From: Candidatus Omnitrophota bacterium
GTDB taxonomy: Bacteria > Ratteibacteria > UBA8468 > B48-G9 > DSTR01
Direction of reading: 5' to 3'
Assembly: GCA_023818865.1 (NCBI GenBank)
Contig: JAMWDF010000002.1
Span: 1-34,888, forward strand
DNA: 34,888 nt
In this document: positions 10,301-17,011 of the stretch, piece after piece
Layout: each line of letters starts with the position of its first letter
How positions within the stretch are numbered: the first letter of the stretch is position 1
Position numbers and translations under genes: made by a program
The notes under the pieces: model-generated
The model's database searches: none
What the model was told of the DNA's origin: nothing
The model's input: only the letters and a program-made list of their open reading frames with translations

Positions 10301-11356
10301 GGTATCAACAGTAAGCCCGGTAAAGATGGCTTCTTTTGGTTTCAGCCTCGCATGATAGCAACCGGAAGAAAAAACCAACCTGGGTCGGCCAATAATTTCG
10401 CCCTCATTAATCAAACCACGGCAATGGCTGACAATTCCTGACCCGCCAAAGGTAATGACAGAAACAGCGCTGGCGTCCAGGATGGCATCTTTCTCAATCT
10501 TTAACCCAGCACAGGCAAGATTACCTTTCAATCTGACGGTAGTGCCAGAACTTACACCCAGAGGTGGTAAAATCGCTTTGTTCCCGGTCACCTCCACCAG
10601 ATGGGTTTCTTTTCCCAAAAAAATTACCCAGGATTCTTCTTTTTCCTTTCCTCCACCACAAACCGCAGAGTCATCACTAAAAAGATTGCCGTTAAGGAAA
10701 ACCTGGCCTTCCATAGCCAGACTGGCAGAACTTTCCTTCCCTCCTGAAAAAGCAAGGTCCCCCTGAATGGTCAGGGTAACGCCCCGGGGAACAAAAAGGC
10801 CATGCCCGTTAAGAATTAGGTTGCCGGTAAGAGTTAGACTGTCAGTCAGAGTCACCCTGTAACTGTAAGAACCGGGAGGTAGAGTCAGAGAAGAAAAACT
10901 TGCTCCCCCAGCTTTAATCGCTGCATGATAACAGTATCCAGCAAGCACCAAAGCCGGTGTACCGACAATTTTCCCAAGATTGGTAAGCCCGCCTGGCCCA
11001 ACAGTGATAATAGAGTTTCCGTGAGAAGCATCAAGTGTTCCTTCAACCAAGATACCTTTTTTCTCTGAAGGTTGAAGATTTGTAAGTTTTAAATTATGTC
11101 CGGCCAGAGTGAGCCTGGCATTTTTTTCAATGACTAAAGAACCATCAACCGCTGCATCAGCAGTCAGCACAGGGTAGTTGGCCACGCCTCCAGAGATGAG
11201 AACATCTTTTCCGTCCCGGGCTACCGGCGCCTTTCCTGTGGACCAGTTTTCGCCAGAAAACCAGTCGCTGGTTTTTCCTGTCCACTGATTGGTGCCGGCA
11301 GTCAGCAAGGCGGAAAAGAGGAAACACCAAAGTCCCTGAAAGAGAAAGTATCTCAT
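7331..11356 (-). CDS. Large secreted multidomain protein: autotransporter-type beta-strand/beta-helix N-terminal region, discoidin/CBM-like domain and glycoside-hydrolase-like module
   Basis: 1341-aa ORF with GGAGGACAAGAA-ATG at 11356 and signal peptide MRYFLFQGLWCFLFSALLTAG. The N-terminus NQWTGKTSDWFSGENWSTGKAPVARDGKDVLISGG is typical of autotransporter-associated beta-strand repeat proteins. There are two internal ~110-130-aa repeats. The mid domain has a DTNGDGVCE loop. The C-terminal ~640 aa are paralogous to ORF 3161..5221. Confidence 0.65.
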   Translation of the reverse strand: MRYFLFQGLWCFLFSALLTAGTNQWTGKTSDWFSGENWSTGKAPVARDGKDVLISGGVANYPVLTADAAVDGSLVIEKNARLTLAGHNLKLTNLQPSEKKGILVEGTLDASHGNSIITVGPGGLTNLGKIVGTPALVLAGYCYHAAIKAGGASFSSLTLPPGSYSYRVTLTDSLTLTGNLILNGHGLFVPRGVTLTIQGDLAFSGGKESSASLAMEGQVFLNGNLFSDDSAVCGGGKEKEESWVIFLGKETHLVEVTGNKAILPPLGVSSGTTVRLKGNLACAGLKIEKDAILDASAVSVITFGGSGIVSHCRGLINEGEIIGRPRLVFSSGCYHARLKPKEAIFTGLTVDTGNYAYSVTQEGNLTIQGDVLFKVGSFNLGENVLTITGSCFLPPVPEKPRTDSFRLNFGKKAQIVFTGPQKATIESGGTVAKDSYSSIFPSLTVDKPASTLTITKAPLEVNGTFKLSQGILETKEGGELWLGVVRDTRYAHYEIHDVGLKLQGPLTKDQFPEIKPAVAPEALPGVVTLIHNQIGPELPKGLELANIAPAAKIRTIPYTTMVRLLVDPDEKLRTMPEPEKGTPVKTARYYFHFDTPQEIVAINWAVPSGPWAILVDTNGDGVCEKLLRADLEGKITNPGGVWKARTWIKNTFQPSVQNVSGILLATFGPPRYYDVQILVPKKQTTWKPAAPTPKNIPEIKGGEPITLRTPEPKEEVLKGFHIEPWMFNILGWLNTPKEKRPPLREYEPFLNFVTNIKKYHANVVNMWPPRNIQVPRGKGTYESDVLWPSQYDRWSLTENALKEIAEVFQASGLKLFTMDRCVYPKKLEEFPPSDTRDKPAPYISRHTREFLKGFVLEQVKSGVNGVGIGYDEQMGGLRNPANVDEATREAFQKKYNLPVPDKMEDTEAFRKWIIFGYEQFASYLAEAAAAAKAANPEVFTKTPVHVCLGNLWNGRIDLNIAEDIVGHMADIDFFRAYCYQNYGNLNHFVSAANTLRMLGANRGRAPASLHNCPWANDPVKYPGYYLDTTPAWMYGPPVVSFMHGGRLPLYWRYNFIFYGGYEKYVEQAYSLLDTLAVWGAKEARIPRQILVLKSRASEDWWQVRQRYNPEGNPADQTRGFIYEKWLLEFLLSHGYPFRIYYLEHPEDFASEISAYPLVILPFPYSISREAFQKIEKAAEAGTKILLLDRQGETDEWGNFYPVPLFSGMVSSGKALLVKEDIVSLGHNPDFLANFQKEIDKLLGPRKLFFFNSEGNDVETAIIEKGDREKFVLLLNWTDRAIKVTAGLNLPPGTYEAFLRDLDGVRKAVIGPETKIASSDLQQFLVSLEPWEMKILYVKGTQ
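10150..11060 (-). repeat. Internal tandem duplication at protein level within the 1341-aa ORF (two beta-helix-like modules)
   Basis: Module A is LDASHGNSIITVGPGGLTNLGKIVGTPALVLAGYCYHAAIKAGGASFSSLTLPPGSYSYRVTLTDSLTLTGNLIL...VTLTIQGDLAF. Module B is LDASAVSVITFGGSGIVSHCRGLINEGEIIGRPRLVFSSGCYHARLKPKEAIFTGLTVDTGNYAYSVTQEGNLTIQGDVLF...VLTITGSCF. Shared landmarks are LDAS, I.G.P.LV, CYHA, Y.Y.VT and LTI.G. Boundaries are approximate. Confidence 0.5.
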
Positions 11357-11412
11357 TTCTTGTCCTCCGATTGAAAGAAAAAGCTATTGTTGCTGATGGT
11401 TTTTCCTAATGG

Positions 11413-12216
11413 TTAATACACCGCGTCAGCCGGCGGCGCTCCGCCTGTTTGACTGGAATAATCATCAAAGGAGCGAGACTGCTGATACATACCCCAGTAG
11501 TGATTCTTAAGAGAAGTCTTCGCCTCCCCAGGGACAATACCAACATGGCCATCTACAAATAAAGCGTTACACTGACCGGCGTGCCGATAACCAAGCTGAC
11601 TCAACTCGTATAGTATCCCGTACCAGGTACTGCTGGCTGCTTCTACAATGAGGATTCTCTCAGAAGGATGGTCAACCCGGGAGCGGAAAACACCGTTGCA
11701 GGTATTGTAACAAGCGGTATTCATTCGGTTCCAGCCGTAACTAGTTCTTGGCGAAGCCCCGCCATAAGGCGGGTAACTACCCAGAGGCTGAGCGGCTCGC
11801 CAGGCACAGGCATAGTCACTCATTCCAGCCCAGTAAGGGTCATCAAAGGGTGGAACCTCGGGGAAAAGGACTCCCCAGGAAGGCAAGGCGGCAGCCATAG
11901 AAGGACACCGGAGCATATCCGGAGTTTTCCTGCTGCCTTCTACATAGCCCATATAAGGCAGACAAACGGTAATCCAGTTACCTTTGCCCTTGCCGGGATA
12001 ATCAGATGTTCCCTGGTAAGGCAATCGGTCATTCCAGTCGCTACAATACATAGCAACCACCTGGCCAATCTGCTTCAAATTGTTCATACAGGAGGCGCCT
12101 TCTGCTTTTTGCCTAGCTTTGCGCAGGGCAGGAAGAAGTAATGCGGCCAGGATAGCGATGATTGCCACCACAACCAGCAACTCAATCAAAGTAAAACCAG
12201 AAATTTTTCTTCTCAT
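11413..12216 (-). CDS. Prepilin-type N-terminal cleavage/methylation domain protein, H-X9-DG (DUF1559-like) pseudopilin
   Basis: GGGAGGAAAGAC-ATG start. The sequence [31 protein letters not shown] has the class III signal with G-F cleavage site and Glu+5. It carries the conserved head C.NNLKQIG. The C-terminal [14 protein letters not shown] is a canonical H-X9-DG. Confidence 0.85.
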   Translation of the reverse strand: MRRKISGFTLIELLVVVAIIAILAALLLPALRKARQKAEGASCMNNLKQIGQVVAMYCSDWNDRLPYQGTSDYPGKGKGNWITVCLPYMGYVEGSRKTPDMLRCPSMAAALPSWGVLFPEVPPFDDPYWAGMSDYACAWRAAQPLGSYPPYGGASPRTSYGWNRMNTACYNTCNGVFRSRVDHPSERILIVEAASSTWYGILYELSQLGYRHAGQCNALFVDGHVGIVPGEAKTSLKNHYWGMYQQSRSFDDYSSQTGGAPPADAVY

Positions 12217-12230
12217 GTCTTTCCTCCCTG

Positions 12231-13118
12231 TTACGGCATATAAATAAGGGGATTATGCAACCGGCTGATCCAGCCGGTCAATCCTTCTTGTCCGTTGGTG
12301 GCTGGTAGAACATAGAGGGTGTTGCCTTCCTGAACCACTTTCTGAGAAGGTATCCAGCGAACCGCACCGCTGACATAAAGGACGTTGATGCCATCTGTGC
12401 CATGGTTGTTCTCTTGCGTCAAGGTCAGACCAAGAGCGGTTGGGCTAGCTACCTGCTTGTAAACATCTACCGGCGAGGTACCATTATCCCAGCCTTCAAG
12501 ATACCAGTTTGGCGAACCAGCCAGGTTAGCCCGGCCAAAAGTCGCCGCAGGTCGCTGTCGGTCAGCCGCTAGGACCGAATCGTCCTGGGTAGAGCAATTC
12601 CAGCCAGTAGTAAAGTTGTAGGCATGTTCCCGGATGCTATAACTCACCCAGTCATAGGTAGAGATATCGCCGAGTTTACCGTAAGCGTAAGAGCATTCAC
12701 ACAAGATGGCCGGACCTTCTGAGCGGGTGGAGAGATAACCGCGATTGCGCACTCTAACAAGAGCTCGCATATCCATCTTCTGGCTGGGACAGAGAAAGAC
12801 TTCTGGATTCTTGATGTAGCTTACACCACCCAGACTGCCGGTAGAATCTTTACCCAGGAGTTTGTTAAAAGGACGCAGCGTCAAGATATACCAGGAAGCG
12901 GTGGCTGGCCCTCGGTAATCAGGGAACCAGCCGTCATAGTCTTCCGCATACATCCGGAAAGCCAGGCCGATCTGTTTTAGATTGTTCATACAGAGTGCTC
13001 GCCTAGCCTTTTCCCTGGCCTTGCCCAGGACTGGAAGTAACATCGCCCCCAAAATGGCAATGATGGCAATGACTACCAACAGTTCTATCAAAGTGAACCC
13101 TTTTTTCTTTCTCTTCAT
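12231..13118 (-). CDS. Prepilin-type N-terminal cleavage/methylation domain protein, degenerate H-X9-DG-like pseudopilin
   Basis: Track ORF 12231..13142. I moved the start to ATG 13118 (TTGGAGGATTGG-ATG), which removes the overlap with the upstream stop at 13132. The protein begins [31 protein letters not shown] and has CMNNLKQIG. The C-terminal [17 protein letters not shown] has Ser in place of the motif Asp and one extra residue. Confidence 0.8.
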   Translation of the reverse strand: MKRKKKGFTLIELLVVIAIIAILGAMLLPVLGKAREKARRALCMNNLKQIGLAFRMYAEDYDGWFPDYRGPATASWYILTLRPFNKLLGKDSTGSLGGVSYIKNPEVFLCPSQKMDMRALVRVRNRGYLSTRSEGPAILCECSYAYGKLGDISTYDWVSYSIREHAYNFTTGWNCSTQDDSVLAADRQRPAATFGRANLAGSPNWYLEGWDNGTSPVDVYKQVASPTALGLTLTQENNHGTDGINVLYVSGAVRWIPSQKVVQEGNTLYVLPATNGQEGLTGWISRLHNPLIYMP

Positions 13119-13131
13119 CCAATCCTCCAAG

Positions 13132-13971
13132 TTAAAAGACACTTTCTACATTGGGTCCGCGTAGGAAAATCTGGTCATCAAAAGCATCAGTCGGTACCGT
13201 GTCAGTCATGTAATAAGGTCGGTCTCCAGGATAAACAGTAACATTGTAAGCGCAATTAGGTAATGCCGCAGCCGGCACATAACGGTAACCGTCGGAAGCC
13301 CGGTAAGAAGGAACCCAGCGAGCGTCCCCATGAATGTAAAGAACATTTATACCCACCCGACCATGGCTCATCATCCCGGTTAACCGCAGCCGGTAGTAAC
13401 CGCCATACCCGTAAGATTCACGGTTCTGAGTACCTCCGCCGCTATCATCTCCGGTGCTTTTCTTGTCGGCCACTAAAGCATAGTTAGACGATAGGAGAGT
13501 ACCAGCGGCCAACGTGGCTGGGATGGCGGGCTTCTTGGTATTCAGATTGAGAGCATAAGCATAAGAGCAGTGTTCGTACTTCAGATAACCGATGTCAGAT
13601 TTACTCTCATACCGGGAACTGGGACAAATAAAAATTTCTGGGTTGGTTATGTACCTTGGCCCCTCAAAATCTGCATCTGGCGCTGCTGCCGGCCCTCCCG
13701 GTCCAGAAACAATCTGGCCTACCAACAACATCAAGGAACGGGAACACTTGTTCATACCATTGGCATCCCTGGCCAGAGGAAACCAGCCGTCATAGTCTTG
13801 AGCATAGAGATAGAGGGCTACTCCAATCTGTTTCAGGTTAGAAATACAGGCGGCTCTTTTTGCTTGTTCCTGGGCCCTGACCAGCGCCGGAAGCAGCATG
13901 GCAGCTAGGACTGCGATAATAGCCACCACCACCAGTAGTTCAATCAACGTAAACCCCTCAGTTTTCTCCAT
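13132..13971 (-). CDS. Prepilin-type N-terminal cleavage/methylation domain protein, degenerate H-X9-DG-like pseudopilin
   Basis: Track ORF 13132..13980 begins at a GTG that abuts the SD. ATG 13971 sits 8 nt after AAGGAGG. The protein begins [30 protein letters not shown] and has CISNLKQIG. The C-terminal [17 protein letters not shown] has the DG replaced by HG. Confidence 0.8.
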   Translation of the reverse strand: MEKTEGFTLIELLVVVAIIAVLAAMLLPALVRAQEQAKRAACISNLKQIGVALYLYAQDYDGWFPLARDANGMNKCSRSLMLLVGQIVSGPGGPAAAPDADFEGPRYITNPEIFICPSSRYESKSDIGYLKYEHCSYAYALNLNTKKPAIPATLAAGTLLSSNYALVADKKSTGDDSGGGTQNRESYGYGGYYRLRLTGMMSHGRVGINVLYIHGDARWVPSYRASDGYRYVPAAALPNCAYNVTVYPGDRPYYMTDTVPTDAFDDQIFLRGPNVESVF

Positions 13972-14001
13972 ATTTCTCACCTCCTTGGTTTTCTGACAGT
14001 A

Positions 14002-15024
14002 TTATTCAAAGCCTAAAAGTTTTTCAATGCCCAGGTTGACTACTTCCTGGATAATGCTTTCCCGACCAACCACTCCAGTTTCAATTCTTACCCCTTCTCT
14101 GGGGAACTGTCGGTCATTCACTGACTTTCTCACTTTTTCCAGGAAGGTTTCTCCTACCTTGGCCAAAGCGCCGCCCAGAATAATCATTTCCGGGTCAAAA
14201 AGGTGAATCAGCCGGTTTAGTCCGGTAATGAAACTTGGGGAGGGGTCGCCCTCAGGAGTACGCACCTCTTCCGGGACAATGCCCAGGTTTTCTCCAGCGC
14301 ATCCCTGATAGCCACGATAGATTGAACCGTTTATCAATATTCCAAATCCGATTCCGCTGCTGGTTTTTATAACATAAATTGCCTGGCTTACACCCCGGGC
14401 TATTCCTATCCGGGATTCAGCCAACATCATCATGTTAGCATCGTTTTCCACAATGACAGGTACGCCAAAACGCTTTTCCAGCTCCTTTTTTACCGGGAAT
14501 TTCTGATTTTTTTCCATCCAGAGATATTCGCCAGCCAAACTCACCAGTCCGGAAAGGCTCACGGCTATCCCGAGAAGGTTATTTTGGCCATAAGTTTGCA
14601 ATAGATGATTAATCAAATCTCCGAGTAAATCGCAGGAGAAATTAGTTTTGGAAAGAGAAGAACGATGTTCCATCAGAACTTTGGCGTTTAAATCAGCCAC
14701 AATGCCGTAGGATTCCAGACCGACATCTACTCCTGCGACTACCCCAATCTGGCTCTGAAATTCTACCAGAAATGGATTGCGGCCAACATCGGAATGCGAG
14801 GCCTTCTTCAATCTTACCAGTTTTTTCTCATAAAGCTCCTGGACAATGCTGACTACAGTGGGGTGGCTGAGCCCAGTCCGTTTGGCAATCTCTGGTCTGG
14901 AAATGGGAGAAAATTCTTTGATGGTCAACAGTACCCGGGCATAATTCTGGCGGCGGTGATAATGAAATGAATTGCTGCCTAGCTGTGGCCTGGATAAACT
15001 GAAAACGAGTTCTTCATTTTTCAT
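14002..15024 (-). CDS. ROK-family transcriptional regulator (short form lacking the Zn-binding Cys motif)
   Basis: The N-terminal winged HTH reads ISRPEIAKRTGLSHPTVVSIVQELYEKKLV. ROK sugar-kinase-fold blocks are present: GVDVG, VIVENDANMMMLAE, GIGFGILINGSIYRGYQGCAGENLG and DPEMIILGG. The usual GH....C.CG..GC.E segment after AGE is missing. The protein is 340 aa, against roughly 400 aa for NagC/Mlc-type proteins. Confidence 0.8.
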   Translation of the reverse strand: MKNEELVFSLSRPQLGSNSFHYHRRQNYARVLLTIKEFSPISRPEIAKRTGLSHPTVVSIVQELYEKKLVRLKKASHSDVGRNPFLVEFQSQIGVVAGVDVGLESYGIVADLNAKVLMEHRSSLSKTNFSCDLLGDLINHLLQTYGQNNLLGIAVSLSGLVSLAGEYLWMEKNQKFPVKKELEKRFGVPVIVENDANMMMLAESRIGIARGVSQAIYVIKTSSGIGFGILINGSIYRGYQGCAGENLGIVPEEVRTPEGDPSPSFITGLNRLIHLFDPEMIILGGALAKVGETFLEKVRKSVNDRQFPREGVRIETGVVGRESIIQEVVNLGIEKLLGFE

Positions 15025-15032
15025 TTTATGGT

Positions 15033-15061
15033 ATTTTACCAGCCAGGAGTAGTTCTGTCAA
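15033..15061 (-). promoter_or_regulatory. Sigma70-type promoter for the ROK/pseudopilin/GH operon (TTGACA-17-TAAAAT with a TGg extended -10); leaderless or near-leaderless
   Basis: The minus strand reads CAC-TTGACA-GAACTACTCCTGGCTGG-TAAAAT-ACCATAAA-ATG. The -35 is at 15056-15061 and the -10 at 15033-15038. Only 8 nt separate the -10 from the ROK ATG (15024), and there is no SD. Confidence 0.55.
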
Positions 15062-15078
15062 GTGTTTTTAAAATACCT

Positions 15079-16320
15079 TTAAAAACTCCGGCGATTAACC
15101 AGGGAAAGAAGGTGGGTAGCGGCTACTTGGTTTCCTCTGGCTTCCTGGATAATTATTTGCTGAATTTTTTCGGAAGTAGAATGAAGATGGGCATCCTGAA
15201 GTACCTTGCTTAAGGTGCGGGAGAGAGTCTTTTCTGTCAACCGGTAACGGTCTAATCGGAGCCCCACCCCCAACCTTAAGCACCTGGCCGCATTATCAAA
15301 CTGGTCATGGCAAAAAGGAAGTATCATCTGGGGTTTGCCTGATTGCAAAGCGTCACCTATAGTGTTGATGCCCCCGTGATGAACAATCACCTTTGCCCTA
15401 GGAAAAACAACCTGATAGGGCAAATAGTCGGCGGTAGCCACTTTCCCGGGTACGCTTAGTTCTCTTAACCCGGGGCCAATCAGCAAACAACGAAGGTTCA
15501 GGCTCAGACTCACCTGAGAAACAAGCGAATAGAGGTCTCTAGCGTGCAGACTGGCGGCTGACCCGAAGGTGACAATCACTGGTGGTTCTCCTTCCCGGAG
15601 AAACTGGTCAATTTCTGGCGGCAATGGTGATGGGTCAATGAATGGTTGACAGAAGCCGCAGATGAAGGAACGAGGTGGATCATCAGTGCTGGCTGGACGG
15701 AAAAAAGGAGACCATAGTCCCAGATTTAAATTGACATCCCGCATTGCCTTTTCTGCTATCTGGTTATTCCAGGCAATCTGAAGTTTTTCGCACACCGGTT
15801 TAAGCGATTGACTGCAGTAAGAAAAGATTCGCTCTCGCAAAAACCGGAAGATTGGCCGGGTAAAACATGGCAAATAGCCTCCCTTAAGAACTAGGTCTTC
15901 ACTGGAAAGCCAACCAGTTGGGGTGGTCATCAGGACGGCTACTGGTAACCTGGTCTGATAGGCAGCTAGCAGACTGCCGACAGCCAGAAAGTGACCGGCA
16001 AGTAATACTGGGTGGTATTCCTGGATTGCCTGATAAGTAGCCTGATAAAAATCTTCCACCCCTGGCACAACAAATTCGTTCCAGACTGCCAGTGGGGCTG
16101 ATTGCGGGTCAAGAAACTGAGGATTTTTCTTGATTTCTTCAAACAGATGGACTTCTGGTCCTGCGCCGATAAATTCCAGTCCAGCCGTCAAAACCCTTTC
16201 CCGGTAAAAAGGGTGGGTAACCAAGAACACTTTTGCTCCCCCAGCGGCTAAAGTCTGACCAAGGCCTAAAACCGGATGGAGGTCCCCTAAGGAACCGACA
16301 GTGGAAAGTAGGATTACCAT
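15079..16320 (-). CDS. GT1-family (UDP-glycosyltransferase/MGT-type) glycosyltransferase
   Basis: The N-terminus MVILLSTVGSLGDLHPVLGLGQTLAAGGAKV is the GT-B acceptor-domain start. The C-terminal UGT signature reads VIVHHGGINTIGDALQSGKPQMILPFCHDQFDNA. Confidence 0.8.
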   Translation of the reverse strand: MVILLSTVGSLGDLHPVLGLGQTLAAGGAKVFLVTHPFYRERVLTAGLEFIGAGPEVHLFEEIKKNPQFLDPQSAPLAVWNEFVVPGVEDFYQATYQAIQEYHPVLLAGHFLAVGSLLAAYQTRLPVAVLMTTPTGWLSSEDLVLKGGYLPCFTRPIFRFLRERIFSYCSQSLKPVCEKLQIAWNNQIAEKAMRDVNLNLGLWSPFFRPASTDDPPRSFICGFCQPFIDPSPLPPEIDQFLREGEPPVIVTFGSAASLHARDLYSLVSQVSLSLNLRCLLIGPGLRELSVPGKVATADYLPYQVVFPRAKVIVHHGGINTIGDALQSGKPQMILPFCHDQFDNAARCLRLGVGLRLDRYRLTEKTLSRTLSKVLQDAHLHSTSEKIQQIIIQEARGNQVAATHLLSLVNRRSF

Positions 16321-16429
16321 GGTCTAATCACCAAGCCGATCCCGGATAATCAGAAAGAAGCAAAAATAAACCCAGGCGAAAATAAGACAGAAATAGTTCC
16401 TTATTAATTTTTCGACTTCCGTTTTTTCT

Positions 16430-17011
16430 TTACCTTGCCTTAGAACAGTCTGACAGACCAAGTGGGTCAATGCCGGTAAAAACAATTTCCCCCTGGGAAG
16501 TGATAAGAATTTCTGCCGGCAAAATATCCTGAAAATCTCTTTGGCTATATCTCCTAGTTAAGAAATGGAAGGTCTTATTGGCAGAACCCTGAAGGTCTTT
16601 AGCCAGTCTCTGTCCTTGGTCATACCGACCAGCAATGATGACATCAATCAGGGAAAATAAAGTTCTTTTTTCTCTCATTTTTATCACCTCTGCCCAACTG
16701 TAGCCGGTGAAAAGAATCACCGAAAGATTAGTCTGGGTCCGGAGAAGACCTAAGAATTCCAGTAGAGGTTTCTTCTGCTGGAGTGGCTCTCCGCCGCTGA
16801 TGGTCACCCCTTCTATCTGCCTGGAATAGCTGGCTATTTTTTCCACCAGGGCTCTCGGTTCAATCAGGTATCCACCTTTCCGGGGATGGGTCGCTGGGTT
16901 ACCACAGCCAGGGCATCCCAGGGTGCAGCCCTGAACCCAGATTACCGCCCGGTAGCCAGGCCCGTTGGCTCGACTGAAAGGGACCCAACGGTGGAGTCTT
17001 AAGGCGGCCAT
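16430..17011 (-). CDS. NrdG-like radical-SAM glycyl-radical activating enzyme (small, single-cluster type)
   Basis: The track start at 17029 is a TTG. ATG 17011 overlaps the dxs stop as ATGA. FSRANGPGYRAVIWVQGCTLGCPGCGNP contains the CX3CX2C motif. GVTISGGEPL is present. LIDVIIAGRYDQGQRLAKDLQGSANKTFHFL parallels E. coli NrdG LINVLVDGKFVQDLKDPSLIWRGSSNQVVHHL. There are no extra ferredoxin-type Cys clusters. Confidence 0.7.
   Translation of the reverse strand: MAALRLHRWVPFSRANGPGYRAVIWVQGCTLGCPGCGNPATHPRKGGYLIEPRALVEKIASYSRQIEGVTISGGEPLQQKKPLLEFLGLLRTQTNLSVILFTGYSWAEVIKMREKRTLFSLIDVIIAGRYDQGQRLAKDLQGSANKTFHFLTRRYSQRDFQDILPAEILITSQGEIVFTGIDPLGLSDCSKAR

Noticed and set aside
11668-12141. A 157-aa plus-strand ORF opposite the first pseudopilin gene. 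Similar ORFs lie opposite the other two (12982..13164, 13263..13487, 13570..13908).
   Set aside because: The minus-strand frames carry unmistakable prepilin signals and H-X9-DG tails. The plus-strand ORFs are Pro/Gly/Ser/Arg-rich mirror artefacts.
15028-15213. A 61-aa plus-strand ORF spanning the ROK promoter and the 3' end of the GT1 gene, and the 62-aa ORF 15095..15283 (minus).
   Set aside because: They overlap a strong minus-strand promoter and the conserved C-terminus of the GT1 protein. They have no SD.
16430-17011. Assigning the NrdG-like protein as the cognate activase of the 717-aa GRE.
   Set aside because: The gene lies 8 kb away on the opposite strand in a different operon, and its sequence is closest in style to class III RNR activases. 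I keep it only as a hypothesis in the findings.
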